DNA from: Trichoplax sp. H2
Lineage: Eukaryota
Length of the DNA: 64,000 bases
Direction: 5' to 3'
NCBI GenBank assembly: GCA_003344405.1
Contig: NOWV01000030.1
Location: 1 to 64,000, forward strand
The position numbers and the translations under genes are program-made. How positions within the stretch are numbered: the first letter of the stretch is position 1; the number at the start of each line of letters is the position of its first letter. Shown here one piece after another: positions 40,363 to 52,600 of this stretch. The notes under the pieces were generated by a model, which had not been told where the DNA came from, made no database searches, and worked only from the letters and a program-made list of their open reading frames with translations.

Positions 40363-42309
40363 AATTTGATAAATTGCTTCATAATTAATATTAAGTATCA
40401 GTAGATCCTATACATGAATATTATAGACAGTAATTTTTGTGTATAGTATACTGGATAGCAACGCCAATTTTGTGTATTGGGCTAGTAGTATCTTATTATC
40501 GATTGATCAGTGCTAACATTAAATATCTAAGAAACCAATTTCTAGGTATACAATGCTCGCACCAAATGTAAAGTATTTATCCCGGTCTTTATGTTAGTTT
40601 CAACGTTAAATACTGTTATAACTCAAGGCAATATACGTCGTACGTATGCTTTGAAGATATAGCTTTTGAAGTTAATATGCTGGTGGCGTAATACCGTAGT
40701 TTATAATGATATATCAGTGAAAATAAAATGATAGGTATTGTTACATTTGATGTTTAACAGTTTTGGGTGGTGGTTCGGTAATTGCGTGATATATTGATTG
40801 TCTATAAAGTAACAATAACATAGTTGATTTAAAGGTGAGGGTATTTAAAACATTTCTTAAATTACAGTAACTAGTGCAAACTCCCGTCGCTTTACTGACG
40901 GTTTACGATAATGTGCTCATTTAACATCTTTTACGATGTTCAGTAACGTTATGCCGTACCGTGTAGCAGTGATTATGTGTACTAAATTTGGCCATTGGTT
41001 AACTTTTGTGTAAGATTGTCTACGATAATCATGTGTAAGAATAGCCATCCAATGTGGTCATCATGTACTTGCAATGGATACTGTTTACAAGTTAATTATC
41101 CTATAGTAATATCGTATTTATGGCTATCATCAGTGTTCCTAGTGTTATTCATGGTTACGTCTTAATTTATGATTATGAAAAATAAAAGAATATAGCCTCA
41201 ATCAATTGAAAATTTGATGTTATTTCTGGTGCTCCTTATTGAAATAAGTTGTCATTGCTTTGATATTTCCATCATTGGAGAGTGTTATAACGTTAAGCAT
41301 TTCCTCAGTATCAAAATATGCTATGTACGCGTATGCACGATATTAAATTGCCTATTTCACTCCATACGATAGAAATTGAAAATTCTTTATTTGATATTTT
41401 GTATCGAATTGTATAGTCAAGATATTTATTATTGAAATGGACATCTATTTCGGCACCATACGCATATATATAAAGTACTGATGATAACATGGCTTGATGA
41501 GTTAGAATACTATCAGTGGTGCGAGTGTTGATGTGGTATACAAAAATCATAATTTGGAGTAATTGCAGACCAGTGATGGCGGTCAAAAAATGGTATAATA
41601 TATTTGCGCAATTATGAACTACAACTGATTGGAACTAACGAAAGCATGACAACATTGCCTTTCTGCAAAGAATTGAACTTAAATTGACTAAGTGGATTGA
41701 ACATAACAAGAATATCATCACGTCCATTATTGTGTAGTGAGGTAAATTTAAAAATCAATCTACCTAGAATAATTTTACTGAAAAAAAGACACAAGAGAAA
41801 GTGGCTTTTAACAATATTTGTTATATACTCCCATACGATATATTACATAACATACAATACTGCAGAAGGATGAAAATCTACAATGTCACACAATGATATA
41901 TAAATTAGTTTAAGTCAAAGGCAGTTTAATATAAAATTTTATTAGACCCTAATTACTCATGATAACTCTACGATAATACCAATAAGAAAGTTTGTATCGG
42001 TGTCTTTATTTTATTCCAATTTCTTTTTGAGCAGTTGGTACCATTAAATAGTGTCGAAACAAAAGTTGGCATCGATGTATCATGCATCAAGAATGAAGTC
42101 ATAGCACAGAATTTGTTGAGAAATGTCAAATAACAATCATAATTATTAGCTAGCTAGTACGCATAGATGATCAATTAGTCATTTTGGACAATTTTGAACG
42201 TCCAATACTCGAGCATCAGAGGAATCTTTAAGGAGTCTAGGAAAAATAATTTTCTACAAACTCTTTCAATAAAATTGTCCAGAATTGTGGTAAGAAAAAA
42301 GTTATAGCA

Positions 42310-43692
42310 TTACGTTAACCACGGAAATGATAACTTCATATCGTTGGTATTTTGAGGATAGTCAACACAAAACTTCTTTTCGTCGCCCCAAACTTTACTT
42401 AAATCTTGAATAATGTGTTTGGAAGCAGCTTGAACCCATTTCGGATCATGTAAATATTGGCAAAGATAACATAGTGATCCGTCACTATCCACTCTCACGA
42501 CTTTGTGCGAAGCCTTCCATTTAAAAAAACTATTATACAAGGTTTTATTCTTAGCCACTTTCTTAATATAAGCAACTAAATCTGGCATCGATTTAAAGTC
42601 GAGTGCATTGATGTATGAACCAGGAGGGCTGGTAGCTGGACTGCTATAATTAGCACCACCAATGACGATAGGAACTGTGCCCAGTTTTAAGCCGTTGTGG
42701 TAAAATTTTTCAGTGACATAGTCTTTACAGATAAAATTCTCGAAGCTTAAATAAAACTTATGTTCGTGTGAAATTTTATCCCAGCAATCCTTATTTCTAC
42801 CACAGTTGAATTTACCGCATTTGCCATAGGAATCAATGTCAATCTGTTGAGCCAGTTTTTGAACAAATTGTGTGCGACCTGGATAGCACTGGCTTGAAGC
42901 CCAAGCAATTAACTTGGTCTTGCCCTCACTATAATCTTTCTTTGGATCATAATTTTGGGAAAAATTTCCTTGGACAATCTCTGCATAGGGTGCGTATGCC
43001 ATGCCATCCTTGGCATAGCTGTTGACAACATTAAAGATGCCATTATGGATGGATTTTATAGGTGATCCGGATAATTTTCGCGTTAACACGGGATTTTCTA
43101 AATTATGATAAACCCATATTTGATGGGGGGGTTTCTTGCTTGACGGAATGAAGCCTTTGCTTTTCATACTGGGGGCAGAACCGTGAAATACTAAAGCAGC
43201 AGCTTGTGAATATTGGCTTTTATCTGAAGTAAAGATACAGGTGACATTGCCACATTTTACCCGGCCATAACGATCATCGGGCCATCTGCCACCGAACCAA
43301 CCAGTCCAATAAAGAATGATTGGTATTTTCTTGGTTGGTTTTGTAGTAGGTCTTTTGGTGGTTGGTTTTTTCGTCGTAGGTTTATTTGTCGTTGGTTTTT
43401 GTGTCGTCGATTTTTTGGCCGGAGGTTTGGGAGTGGTGACCACTTTCTTAGCAGACGATCCCATCGTCGTTGTCGGCTTGATTGTCGTAGTAGCATTTAT
43501 AGGGCTGGTAGTCTGCGATAGTTTCTCCTTTCTCCCTTTATTACTATGATTACTAAAGCTAGAAATCATTTTATATTCTACAATACCAATTCCTTGAATT
43601 TTTATAGCATATAAAGTTGCTAAAATGACAATAGCCACTAGACCTAGTACAATCCATAAGCGTTTCCTTGTCGTTGATGTAGTATTATTCAT
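42310..43692 (-). CDS. Alpha-1,3/4-fucosyltransferase (glycosyltransferase family 10), type II membrane protein, intronless ORF
   Basis: N-terminal basic stretch + TM (RKRLWIVLGLVAIVILATLYAI), Thr/Lys/Pro-rich stem, IILYWT, ALVFH, and the GT10 motif HKFYLSFENFICKDYVTEKF followed by GTVPIV and Y..FF.WK. Confidence 0.95.
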   Translation of the reverse strand: MNNTTSTTRKRLWIVLGLVAIVILATLYAIKIQGIGIVEYKMISSFSNHSNKGRKEKLSQTTSPINATTTIKPTTTMGSSAKKVVTTPKPPAKKSTTQKPTTNKPTTKKPTTKRPTTKPTKKIPIILYWTGWFGGRWPDDRYGRVKCGNVTCIFTSDKSQYSQAAALVFHGSAPSMKSKGFIPSSKKPPHQIWVYHNLENPVLTRKLSGSPIKSIHNGIFNVVNSYAKDGMAYAPYAEIVQGNFSQNYDPKKDYSEGKTKLIAWASSQCYPGRTQFVQKLAQQIDIDSYGKCGKFNCGRNKDCWDKISHEHKFYLSFENFICKDYVTEKFYHNGLKLGTVPIVIGGANYSSPATSPPGSYINALDFKSMPDLVAYIKKVAKNKTLYNSFFKWKASHKVVRVDSDGSLCYLCQYLHDPKWVQAASKHIIQDLSKVWGDEKKFCVDYPQNTNDMKLSFPWLT

Positions 43693-45145
43693 CTTTCATT
43701 GAATTGACACAGCTTTGTCGCCGCCTTTACTTTTCAATCTTAATGTTGAAATTGGACACAAACTGCATTGACCAATATGAAAAAAAGGAAGAAATTTGCA
43801 ATTAAATCGGCTGTCAATTGATGCCACAACACGCAGTACAGCCGTCCAATAACATGCACGCTAATCAACTCTCTCTCTACAGTCGATAATTTCAGCATAT
43901 AAAAAAAAAAAATGTTGAAGTTAATCCCTTCAGCGAGATGGATAGGAAGGATCGCTGTTGATGATGGCAATTTCTTTCCAATCCTTTGCAGTTGGGCACC
44001 AACTTTGAATGCGGATGAAAATTCTTGCCAATTGTGCTGATCAATTCTCACTAGCAACGTTTAATTACGTTGATTTCCTCTTAAAGACCACAATGGTAAA
44101 AAATACAACAAAATCTAGCAATTAATTTCCGCTTGAAGATGGATATACGCTTTTCGTCCAAAAGATAGCAACCCAATCAAGGAGTGATTTCCGCTTAAAG
44201 ACATTAGTCCACCAGGGGCATCTTACTATACTATATTGTACATTACTGAGTCATTGAACGTGCCATGAATTGACAATCTTGGATCAGGGACATCAGTGAG
44301 ACAGATGGAGTCCCTGACGCTGATTGGTGCCGTCCGTCCGATAACTTGTCGATTGATTAGGAGAATGAATTACTGATTTGCCACTACTTGGAATTATTAT
44401 TAAGGAGCAAGGAATCATGTCTGATTTCCAACATGTTTTTCTTCTACGCTATATTGCATGGTTAAATTGGCAGCGTGTATGCTGGCTGGCTAGTATCTAT
44501 GGAATACGCTAAGATCAAATTAGAAAATGTTCCAATTCTCAAGTATCCAAATAGACAGTGTTGATCGAGTCGATGCGCCAATGCAATTAATCAAACCATC
44601 GACAGGTGTACCATCGATGGCGACTACACTATCAACATCGTCTGTCATCTGGGATGGACGATAAAGTTATGCAAGAATGTTTGATCATGGATGATGAATG
44701 CCTATTTTCTTTAGGATAGACCTTGGCCATACAATATACAGACTACAAAGAGATGTGTGTTTTCTCTCTATCTCCAGGATAGACGACGGCTGCATTTCTA
44801 CTTTCACGAAGATTAGTACTACAAGAATTCGCATTTTACAAGTGAACACGTATATATTAGGTAGAGACGATGAACACTAAAAATGGACTACGAGTAGTTT
44901 CTGTGGCGGACACCCATAGGGAAGACTTGATTCTGGAAGAAAGCATAGCCTTGTTAATTACATGACGTGCTTTCATTTGGTGGAAAGGAATCATTTGATC
45001 GACAAAAGAAATCGATCGGTGTAATCCATTTCGTGAAAATGAATACGTAATCATTCATTTTTCAATGTATTTGATCAATATTATTGTTTACAAGCCAGAA
45101 GTACAAATAGCCAATGAAGATTATGCAGAACACTGTGCAATAGCT

Positions 45146-46485
45146 TTCTTGTCAAATGATCCATTTGTGACGACTATAATATAGGATACTAACTACAAAT
45201 ACACTCTTAACTATCGCAGTTATAAGTACAGTTTACTGCAGGATAATAAGCGTACAAAGACTCACTTAACTGCCTCGACAGTCATGAGTTTTCTTGTCCA
45301 ATAATCCATTTGGGACAACCATCATATAGGATAATAACTACAAATACAGTCGAACTATGGCACTTATAAGTACAGTTTACTGCAAGATAATATCCGCACA
45401 AAGACTCATTTAACTACCTCGATAGTCGTGATGAGTTATCTTGTCAAATAATCCATTTGTGACGACTATAATATAGGATAATAACTATAAATACAGTCGA
45501 ACTATAGCACTTATAAGTACAGTTTACTGCAGGATAATAAGCGTACAAAGACTCACTTAACTACCTCGATAGTCGTGATGAGTTGTCTTGTCAAATAATC
45601 CATTTATGACGACTATAGTACAGGACAATAACTACAAATACTCTCAGAACTATCGCGATATCCAAGGACTAAGGCAGTAGTTTTCTTGTCCAATTTGTGA
45701 TTACTATAGTGCAAATTGACTACAGGATAATAAATAAATACTAATACTCGCTCAGTAGTTTTCTTGTCCAATTTGTGATTACTATAGTGCAAATTGACTA
45801 CTAGATAATAAATACTAATACTCGCTTCACTACCGCAATAGCCATGGACTACCACAGTTTCGTTTTCTTGTCAACTAGTCGATTGGTGCCGACTAGAGTA
45901 CAAGATAATAACTATAATTACCGTAAATAGTCATGGACTAGCATAGTCATTTTTCTTGTTCAATTTGAGATTATAGTACAGTTTACTTCAGGAGAATAAC
46001 TACAAATGCTCACTTATTCATTAATCACCGCCAATAGTCATGGAAACCACAGTGCCGTTTTCTCATCAACTAGTCGATTGGTACGACTAGAGTACAAGAT
46101 AATAACTATAACTACCGTAAATAGTCATGGACTAGCATAGTCATTTTTCTTGTTCAATTTGAGATTATAGTACAGTTTACTTCAGGAGAATAACTACAAA
46201 TGCTCACTTATTCATTTATCACCGCCAATAGTCATGGAAAGCACATTGTCGTTTTCTCATCAACTAGTCGATTGGTGCGACTAGAGTACAAGATAATAAC
46301 TATAACTACCGTTAAAAATTAATGGACTAGCATAGTCATTTTTCTTGTTCAATTTGAGATTATAGTACAGTTTACTTCAGGAGAATAACTACAAATGCTC
46401 ACTTATTCATTAATCACCGCTAATAGTCATGGAAAGCAAAATGTCGTTTTCTTGTCCAGTAGTCGATTGGTGCCGACTAGAGTGG
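45146..46485. repeat. Composite tandem-repeat array: ~146-bp x3.5, ~78-bp x2, ~195-bp x3.3
   Basis: First block: units start ~45146, 45291, 45439, 45587 (tcttgtc.aat.atccattt). Second: ~45675 and 45753 (cagtagttttcttgtccaatttgtgattactatagtgc). Third: ~45851, 46047, 46241, 46437 (gttttct...tagtcgattggt...gactagagt). Confidence 0.9.
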
Positions 46486-49400
46486 AGTTGACTCTAGGGC
46501 TCCAAACAAGTGATATTGTACAGTCTGTACTATGATGGTCGTGCAAAAGTAGCGTTTTGTATAGGTACTGTCCAACCATCGTCGACAGTACCTATAGTGT
46601 CATTATCGACAGGTGTAGCCTCCATGGTCAATTGGTCAATGGTCATGTGGTTCATGTCATGTGGTCTGGTAGACAACAGCCTTTGAAAGGATTGACTAGC
46701 GGATCGTGTGGGTAAATTGCTAAATTAGCTGCAGACGAAGGCGGCAAAGGGTGGAATCTTTCATCAAAAGGTACAGCAAATTATTTTATTCGACTAAAAT
46801 TGTCTTTGAAAATCAGGACTACGACATGTGTTTTCAAGAAAATCACTAAGGTGTTTCAATGAAAATGGCCCCAACAGCATCTATTGGCACACTTTCAAGA
46901 CGGGCAAGCCATTGTCACTGGTTCAATGTAGGGTAATAGGGGGTAGTCAAGCAAAAAAATTTCAACCAGTGGAAAACTATTCCAACAACGATTCATTCAT
47001 ATACCCTCTCTTGCATTCCATAACTAGCTTAGATTGATCGGAGAAAAGGAAATTCTAGTAAAGAAATACCTTTCTCTTACTCTCAACAGGATATCTGGAC
47101 TAGCGTACAGCTGAACGACTACTTCCACAGTTCATTCAAGGATGTTGTTGAACCCTACTCCAAATACGCACTGTTGAGCTATGTTGACATGCAACGTTGC
47201 AATATGCAGTGTTGATCCACTTTTCTCTATCCTACTCATTAGACTATATAAACTGCAATTGCAGATTATCAGAAAGCAACTCTTTTACCCTTTTTGGATT
47301 CCCTGCTATTCTACTACAAATGATAGATCATGTCATCGCTATCTGTTCAATAGCAATCACTTGGACAATCCATGATCGATGGACGAGTTTTGGCGCCAGT
47401 CTTGACTCCACTTTACTTGACTCTTCATCAGCCAAGACTAAATCACTTACAAAATCCCATTTTGAATTCAAAAGATTATTCACACTATCACAAGCTGATG
47501 GCCATACATTCGTTTAGTTTTCAAGTGAGAAAATTACTTTGTACTGCTGTTTTCAATAGTATTCAACACCATATAGTATCCTGTTCTTGCAGGACAGTAC
47601 TGTAGTGAAATTCTCACTAGCTTATCGAGTCAACATTCATAGCTTTCCTAATAATAATAAACTTCATGGCAGCGTGCGCTTGGATGTAGCTTTTAAATAC
47701 GCGTAGATTAACAGTCAATCCTATCTGGAAAAATGCATCGAACAGCAGCAGTTATACATTAAAGTCCTCAATCAATCGAGCAACCAATGATAGCATCATT
47801 TCCTTACCAAGCCAATATACTGTACGCATATCGAAAACTGAAAAGCATTCTACGGCAGTCGGTCAAGGTGTTCATTGCCTCTGTAATCACTACAACAAAT
47901 CAACATTCGTCTAGCTAGACAATGATAGTACACTGCATAGATGCGTAGAATTGCTTTTCCAATCGTGTTAACGTTACAATGACTCTTACTTTCTTCATCA
48001 GTCCACAGTATCAAAGACGTAAGGATGCTAGTAAGTAAAAGACCATTCCAAACCGTCTTGACAAAGTGATTTTTTTGTTTTTTTTCTACAGGCAAATACA
48101 CCTCCCCGTTGATTAAAAATGTTCAAATTAATTCGTTCATGTGAGTATTCCTATATATCTCAATATTCGTTGTACTATACTGTAGATGCATTTATACTAG
48201 TTAGCCAACGCAATTAGTGACTATTTTGAATGCTATTAATAATCCATTGCTTTTGCGCCTAATATACTTGTACCATCATATTGTTCCTTTCTGTCTCAGT
48301 AGAATAACTCTGTAAATAAACACTTTGAACGATATTTTCTTAACAAATTTGGCATTACGTCAAGCGTAGTAGACTTCATCATAATTTTTTTTTTTATTGA
48401 ACATAACTCGCTTTATATCATATGAAATACTCTAACTTTAGGGTATATTGCTGTGAGATGGTTACAACATTGAAATCTCAACCGATATAGTTTACATATA
48501 GTTTACTTAACGGAAAACTTTTAAAATTGACGCCAAACATTTATTCTTTTCAATCTTTTTTGAAGTAGATAGTATCGTTAAATAACTAAAACTGATTTAT
48601 TAACGGATTTCATGTAGACTTTAATCCTTTTTATCAGTTGATGATCTACTCAATCGACTCTTAGGATCAATACGTATACAATAGAATATCCATTCGAAAG
48701 TAATCTCATATCTTTGTAATCTTCTTACCACTTGATATAGTCTAAATAAAACGATTAGTAATTCTTTATCTTTAAGTGTTTATTTTACAATCTCACAATA
48801 AACAAAGATAAGGCTAGTTATCATTTAAGTATATAATTAAAAGAATTAATGATCAATTATAGGATAAGAGAAATATCTTACACGCCTATTCGTATAAAAT
48901 TTGCTTATTCCTTACAGCTATTGGATGATATCGCCTTGAGTCAATTCTGATATTCTAATATCTGTGTGAACAATTATACTTTCGATTGGATCGTCACAAA
49001 TTGTTGATCCATGGTTATTAATAATTATTAATTTACTATCAGTACGATCTTGACGTTAAATATAGAATACATCCCCTTTGCGTAATACTAGATTTTTGAA
49101 CGTTTTGAATGTCCCAAAATTAAATTTTTGGGTCTGCATTTTTCTTAATTTGCTTTATTTATAGATTACGTTCAACAAGTATCATGTTTAAATATTTTCA
49201 ATCGTGATTGGCCATTGTAAATACATACTGGTTTAACTATTGATACTACTGTAGTCATTATAAAATGTAAAATTTTTTCTGAAAGGTATTTTATCCCTAA
49301 ATAGACACTTTACTATAGATGTATTAAAATAGCATGAAGTAGTAAGAAGTTTTCATTTGCTAGCAAAGTAATGCATTAAATTATACTAAAGTGAAAATTT

Positions 49401-49659
49401 GATTTTTAATACAACCAGTTATACCATCGTCCTTGAAAACTTTTTTCGAAAGAAATGACCCGGTTAGTGACTAAGTTCAAATACGTATAATGATTCATAC
49501 GTACATCAGCACCAGCATTAGCTATAGCCTATACGTGTAGATATACTGCAACTGCCATAGTAATGTCTCTGTGTAGATTTTATACTATATCGATTACAGA
49601 TGATTAAGAATTAAAGATTAAGTTTACATTTCTAAACTGTATTTACGTACGAATAACAG

Positions 49660-52600
49660 AAAAGATTAGAAGAATGGAGAGATGCCGCTCGTCAAGGTGA
49701 TATCAATACTGTTGAAAACTTAATTAAGCAGGGGATGATGAAAGATGTCAATGAAGATGTAAGGAAACCAAAAAGTATCGCGATACGACGTAATATCATG
49801 CTATCTTATTCTCCTTATATTACTTAGAGTAGTGCACAAATTATTTTGCTGCAATCTGTAGTTAACAGTGCTATCACTTGCAAATATTAGCTACATCCAT
49901 TCGTATGGACACCAATCTAATGTTTCAATAAACCTATATTATATTTTAGCAAAATTAGGAATTGCTCATATTGTAACTACTGTGTTAAACGTATTTTAAT
50001 AGTAATTTCTTGCACTCTAGTTACACTTGTTCAAATTCATAGTATTAGAGACATCATTACTGATGTTGTATGACGTTGCTATTTGCTGTAAGATATATTT
50101 ATAGAAATCGTAATTATCTACCAACGATGACTTAATTTATTCTTCTCATTATAAATTTAAATTTAATCATTAAAATTTACCCTCATAACTTCCTGTAAAA
50201 TAAAACCTTCAATACGTACTAACAATTTAATAATTTCCCAATAGTATGTACTGCAGGGACTTTTTATTGCTTCACAAGAGGGCCATAAAGATATTGCTGG
50301 ATTACTTATCAACAACAATTGTCCTGTAAATGGTGTTGGTGAGGTAATTTTAAAATCAAACTAGCCTATTCATTAGTAGTCAATGGAAATATAGTATTGA
50401 ATCAACCGAAATGTGTAACCCTTACCTAATTAAACTGTCCCGTTAATTCGTTTCTAGCATCAGAAAACTGCAATTTTTCTTGCTGTAGAAGGAAACAAGA
50501 AAGATATGGTAGAATTTTTAATTGATCATGGAGCTTCTCTGAATCATCAAGATCAAGTAAGTCCATTACTATGTACTTGCACGCATAATATAATGAATCA
50601 ATGATGATTACAAAGTAAATCAAGTGAATTTATAGCACCTTAATTATTAATGCAGTAATACCAAGATCAAAATATCAAATCGTAGTATCTACTTCTTACT
50701 TATGTATTTTTGGATAGTAATTCATTGCTGCCTTTATTTGATAGAACTCGCATAACGTATTGATGCTTGCTGCTCGGCTCGGTTTTCAAGAAATGGTAGA
50801 CCTTTTAATACAAAAAGGTTGTCCCGTGGATTACAGAGACGTTGTAGGTTTAACACTGTAATAAGTGCTTTACAATCATACTGTAGACATTTTTGTACAT
50901 TCCCACAATGTCAGTAAGCTAGTACGTAGCTTAAACATGAACGATAGCGTATGCTCTAAGTGGCTACGGTGTTACAATATGTATAACTACTTATATACTC
51001 CTGTTTTATAAAATTTTTAATGCTAGGAGGGCAAAAGTGCGTTGATGCATGCTATTATTGTTGGTAACTGTGAAATTGCAATACTATTACTTAATCGAGG
51101 TTCCAAAGTAAACGCTACAGATTTGGTAAGGACATACATTTACAGTACTAAGATGGCTGTAACGAGTTATTCTGAATTAGGTCTATTCAATATACTGTAA
51201 ATGGTATACTTATTATGCTCCCCTCTTTTTGATGATTATACCAGAAAGGAACTAGTTGTTTACATTACGCTGTTATGCATCGTCGCACCGATATTATTCC
51301 CATTCTATTTCAGTTTAAAGCTTATAAAGATGCCACTGATAAGGTAATATAACAAGACATACATTTTTATCTTGGTTGAACACGCTAAAAAATGATAAAT
51401 TTCTCTTTTTTGACTGCTATACCAGCAAAATTCTAATGCATTAATGCACGCCATTAGTATGGGAGAAGTAGAGATAGTTAGAATGCTATTGGAATACAAA
51501 TGTAGCGTGGAAGCTGTTAAAAGAGTTAGTTCGAAGTGAATTGAGTTATATCAGAGTACTCGATCTCTAATTGGTATCTACTGTGGTTGTTTTTAGCACA
51601 AACTTTGGATTGCTCTGCACCAAGCCGCATGGGAAGCTGATGAAGATATTACCAAACTGTTACTCGAATTTGGCTCTGACCCTAATAGTACCAATAGCGT
51701 ATGTTAATATGCAGTGTTAATACCCCGAAGTTAGAAATTAATTTGTGCCAGCAATCGAATCATTTGCAGTTACAGCCTTGCGGTTACGGAATTAATGCTT
51801 TATATTTAACAAATTTCCTAAATCAATGATTGAAGCGTATGTTTTGATGATTTTAGGAAGGTATAACAGCGATTATCAGCGCTATTCAAGGCGCGAAACA
51901 TAAGTCTGTTCTGGATGCAGTTATCAGAGTTATTGGCGTTTTAGCTGGGTATGGCTGTAACGTTAATGCCGGCGATAAAGTAAGTTATTACTAAATAGCT
52001 AGCTATCGATAATCGCTCAGTATGTATACAGGATGACACATGAGATATTTAGTTGTATGCCCTTGAACTTTTATTAACTAATTGAGATTAATTACCGAAA
52101 AATTCTGTATACGCTAGTACAGTACAGTTGGGAAATTGTAGACTATTTCATAGGGCACCTACCAGCACTGTGTTATGACATTCCTACTGCAATGCATATT
52201 TACCATACACTTTACAAGTATTGTTTACGAGTTTGTCATTAATAATACACCATGAGTTGCTTGTCTTGTTATAAACATAGAATTTTTCCTTGCGTATAAT
52301 CAACTAATTTACAGCATTAGAAAATGCGTAACCAAATGTCATTTCCTGATTTTAGCGCTTTGGTGACTCGGCTATTATGTACGCAGCTCGGTTTGGCTTT
52401 CATGAAGTAATCGAAGCATTAGTACATCTTGGTGCCGATCCTAACTACCTAAACAAGGTTAATTGCTTAAATAAGTTAAAAAAGTGACAAAATTAATCAG
52501 CTTAATGCTAGTTTTTGTACTATAAAATTTAAATAGATTGAAAATTTTAGTATAAACTATTGGATATCACATCATAACTTTAATATTGTAGCGGTATTCT

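Noticed and set aside
43257..43549. Overlapping ORFs 43257-43496(-) and 43316-43549(+)
   Set aside because: Alternative-frame and antisense shadows of the repetitive fucosyltransferase stem.
45146..46485. CRISPR-like array
   Set aside because: Whole units repeat without unique spacers, there are no cas genes, and the context is eukaryotic.
46800..48100. Somewhat GC-richer region with several short ORFs; possible decayed transposon or pseudogene
   Set aside because: No recognisable transposase or RT motif and no terminal repeats seen.
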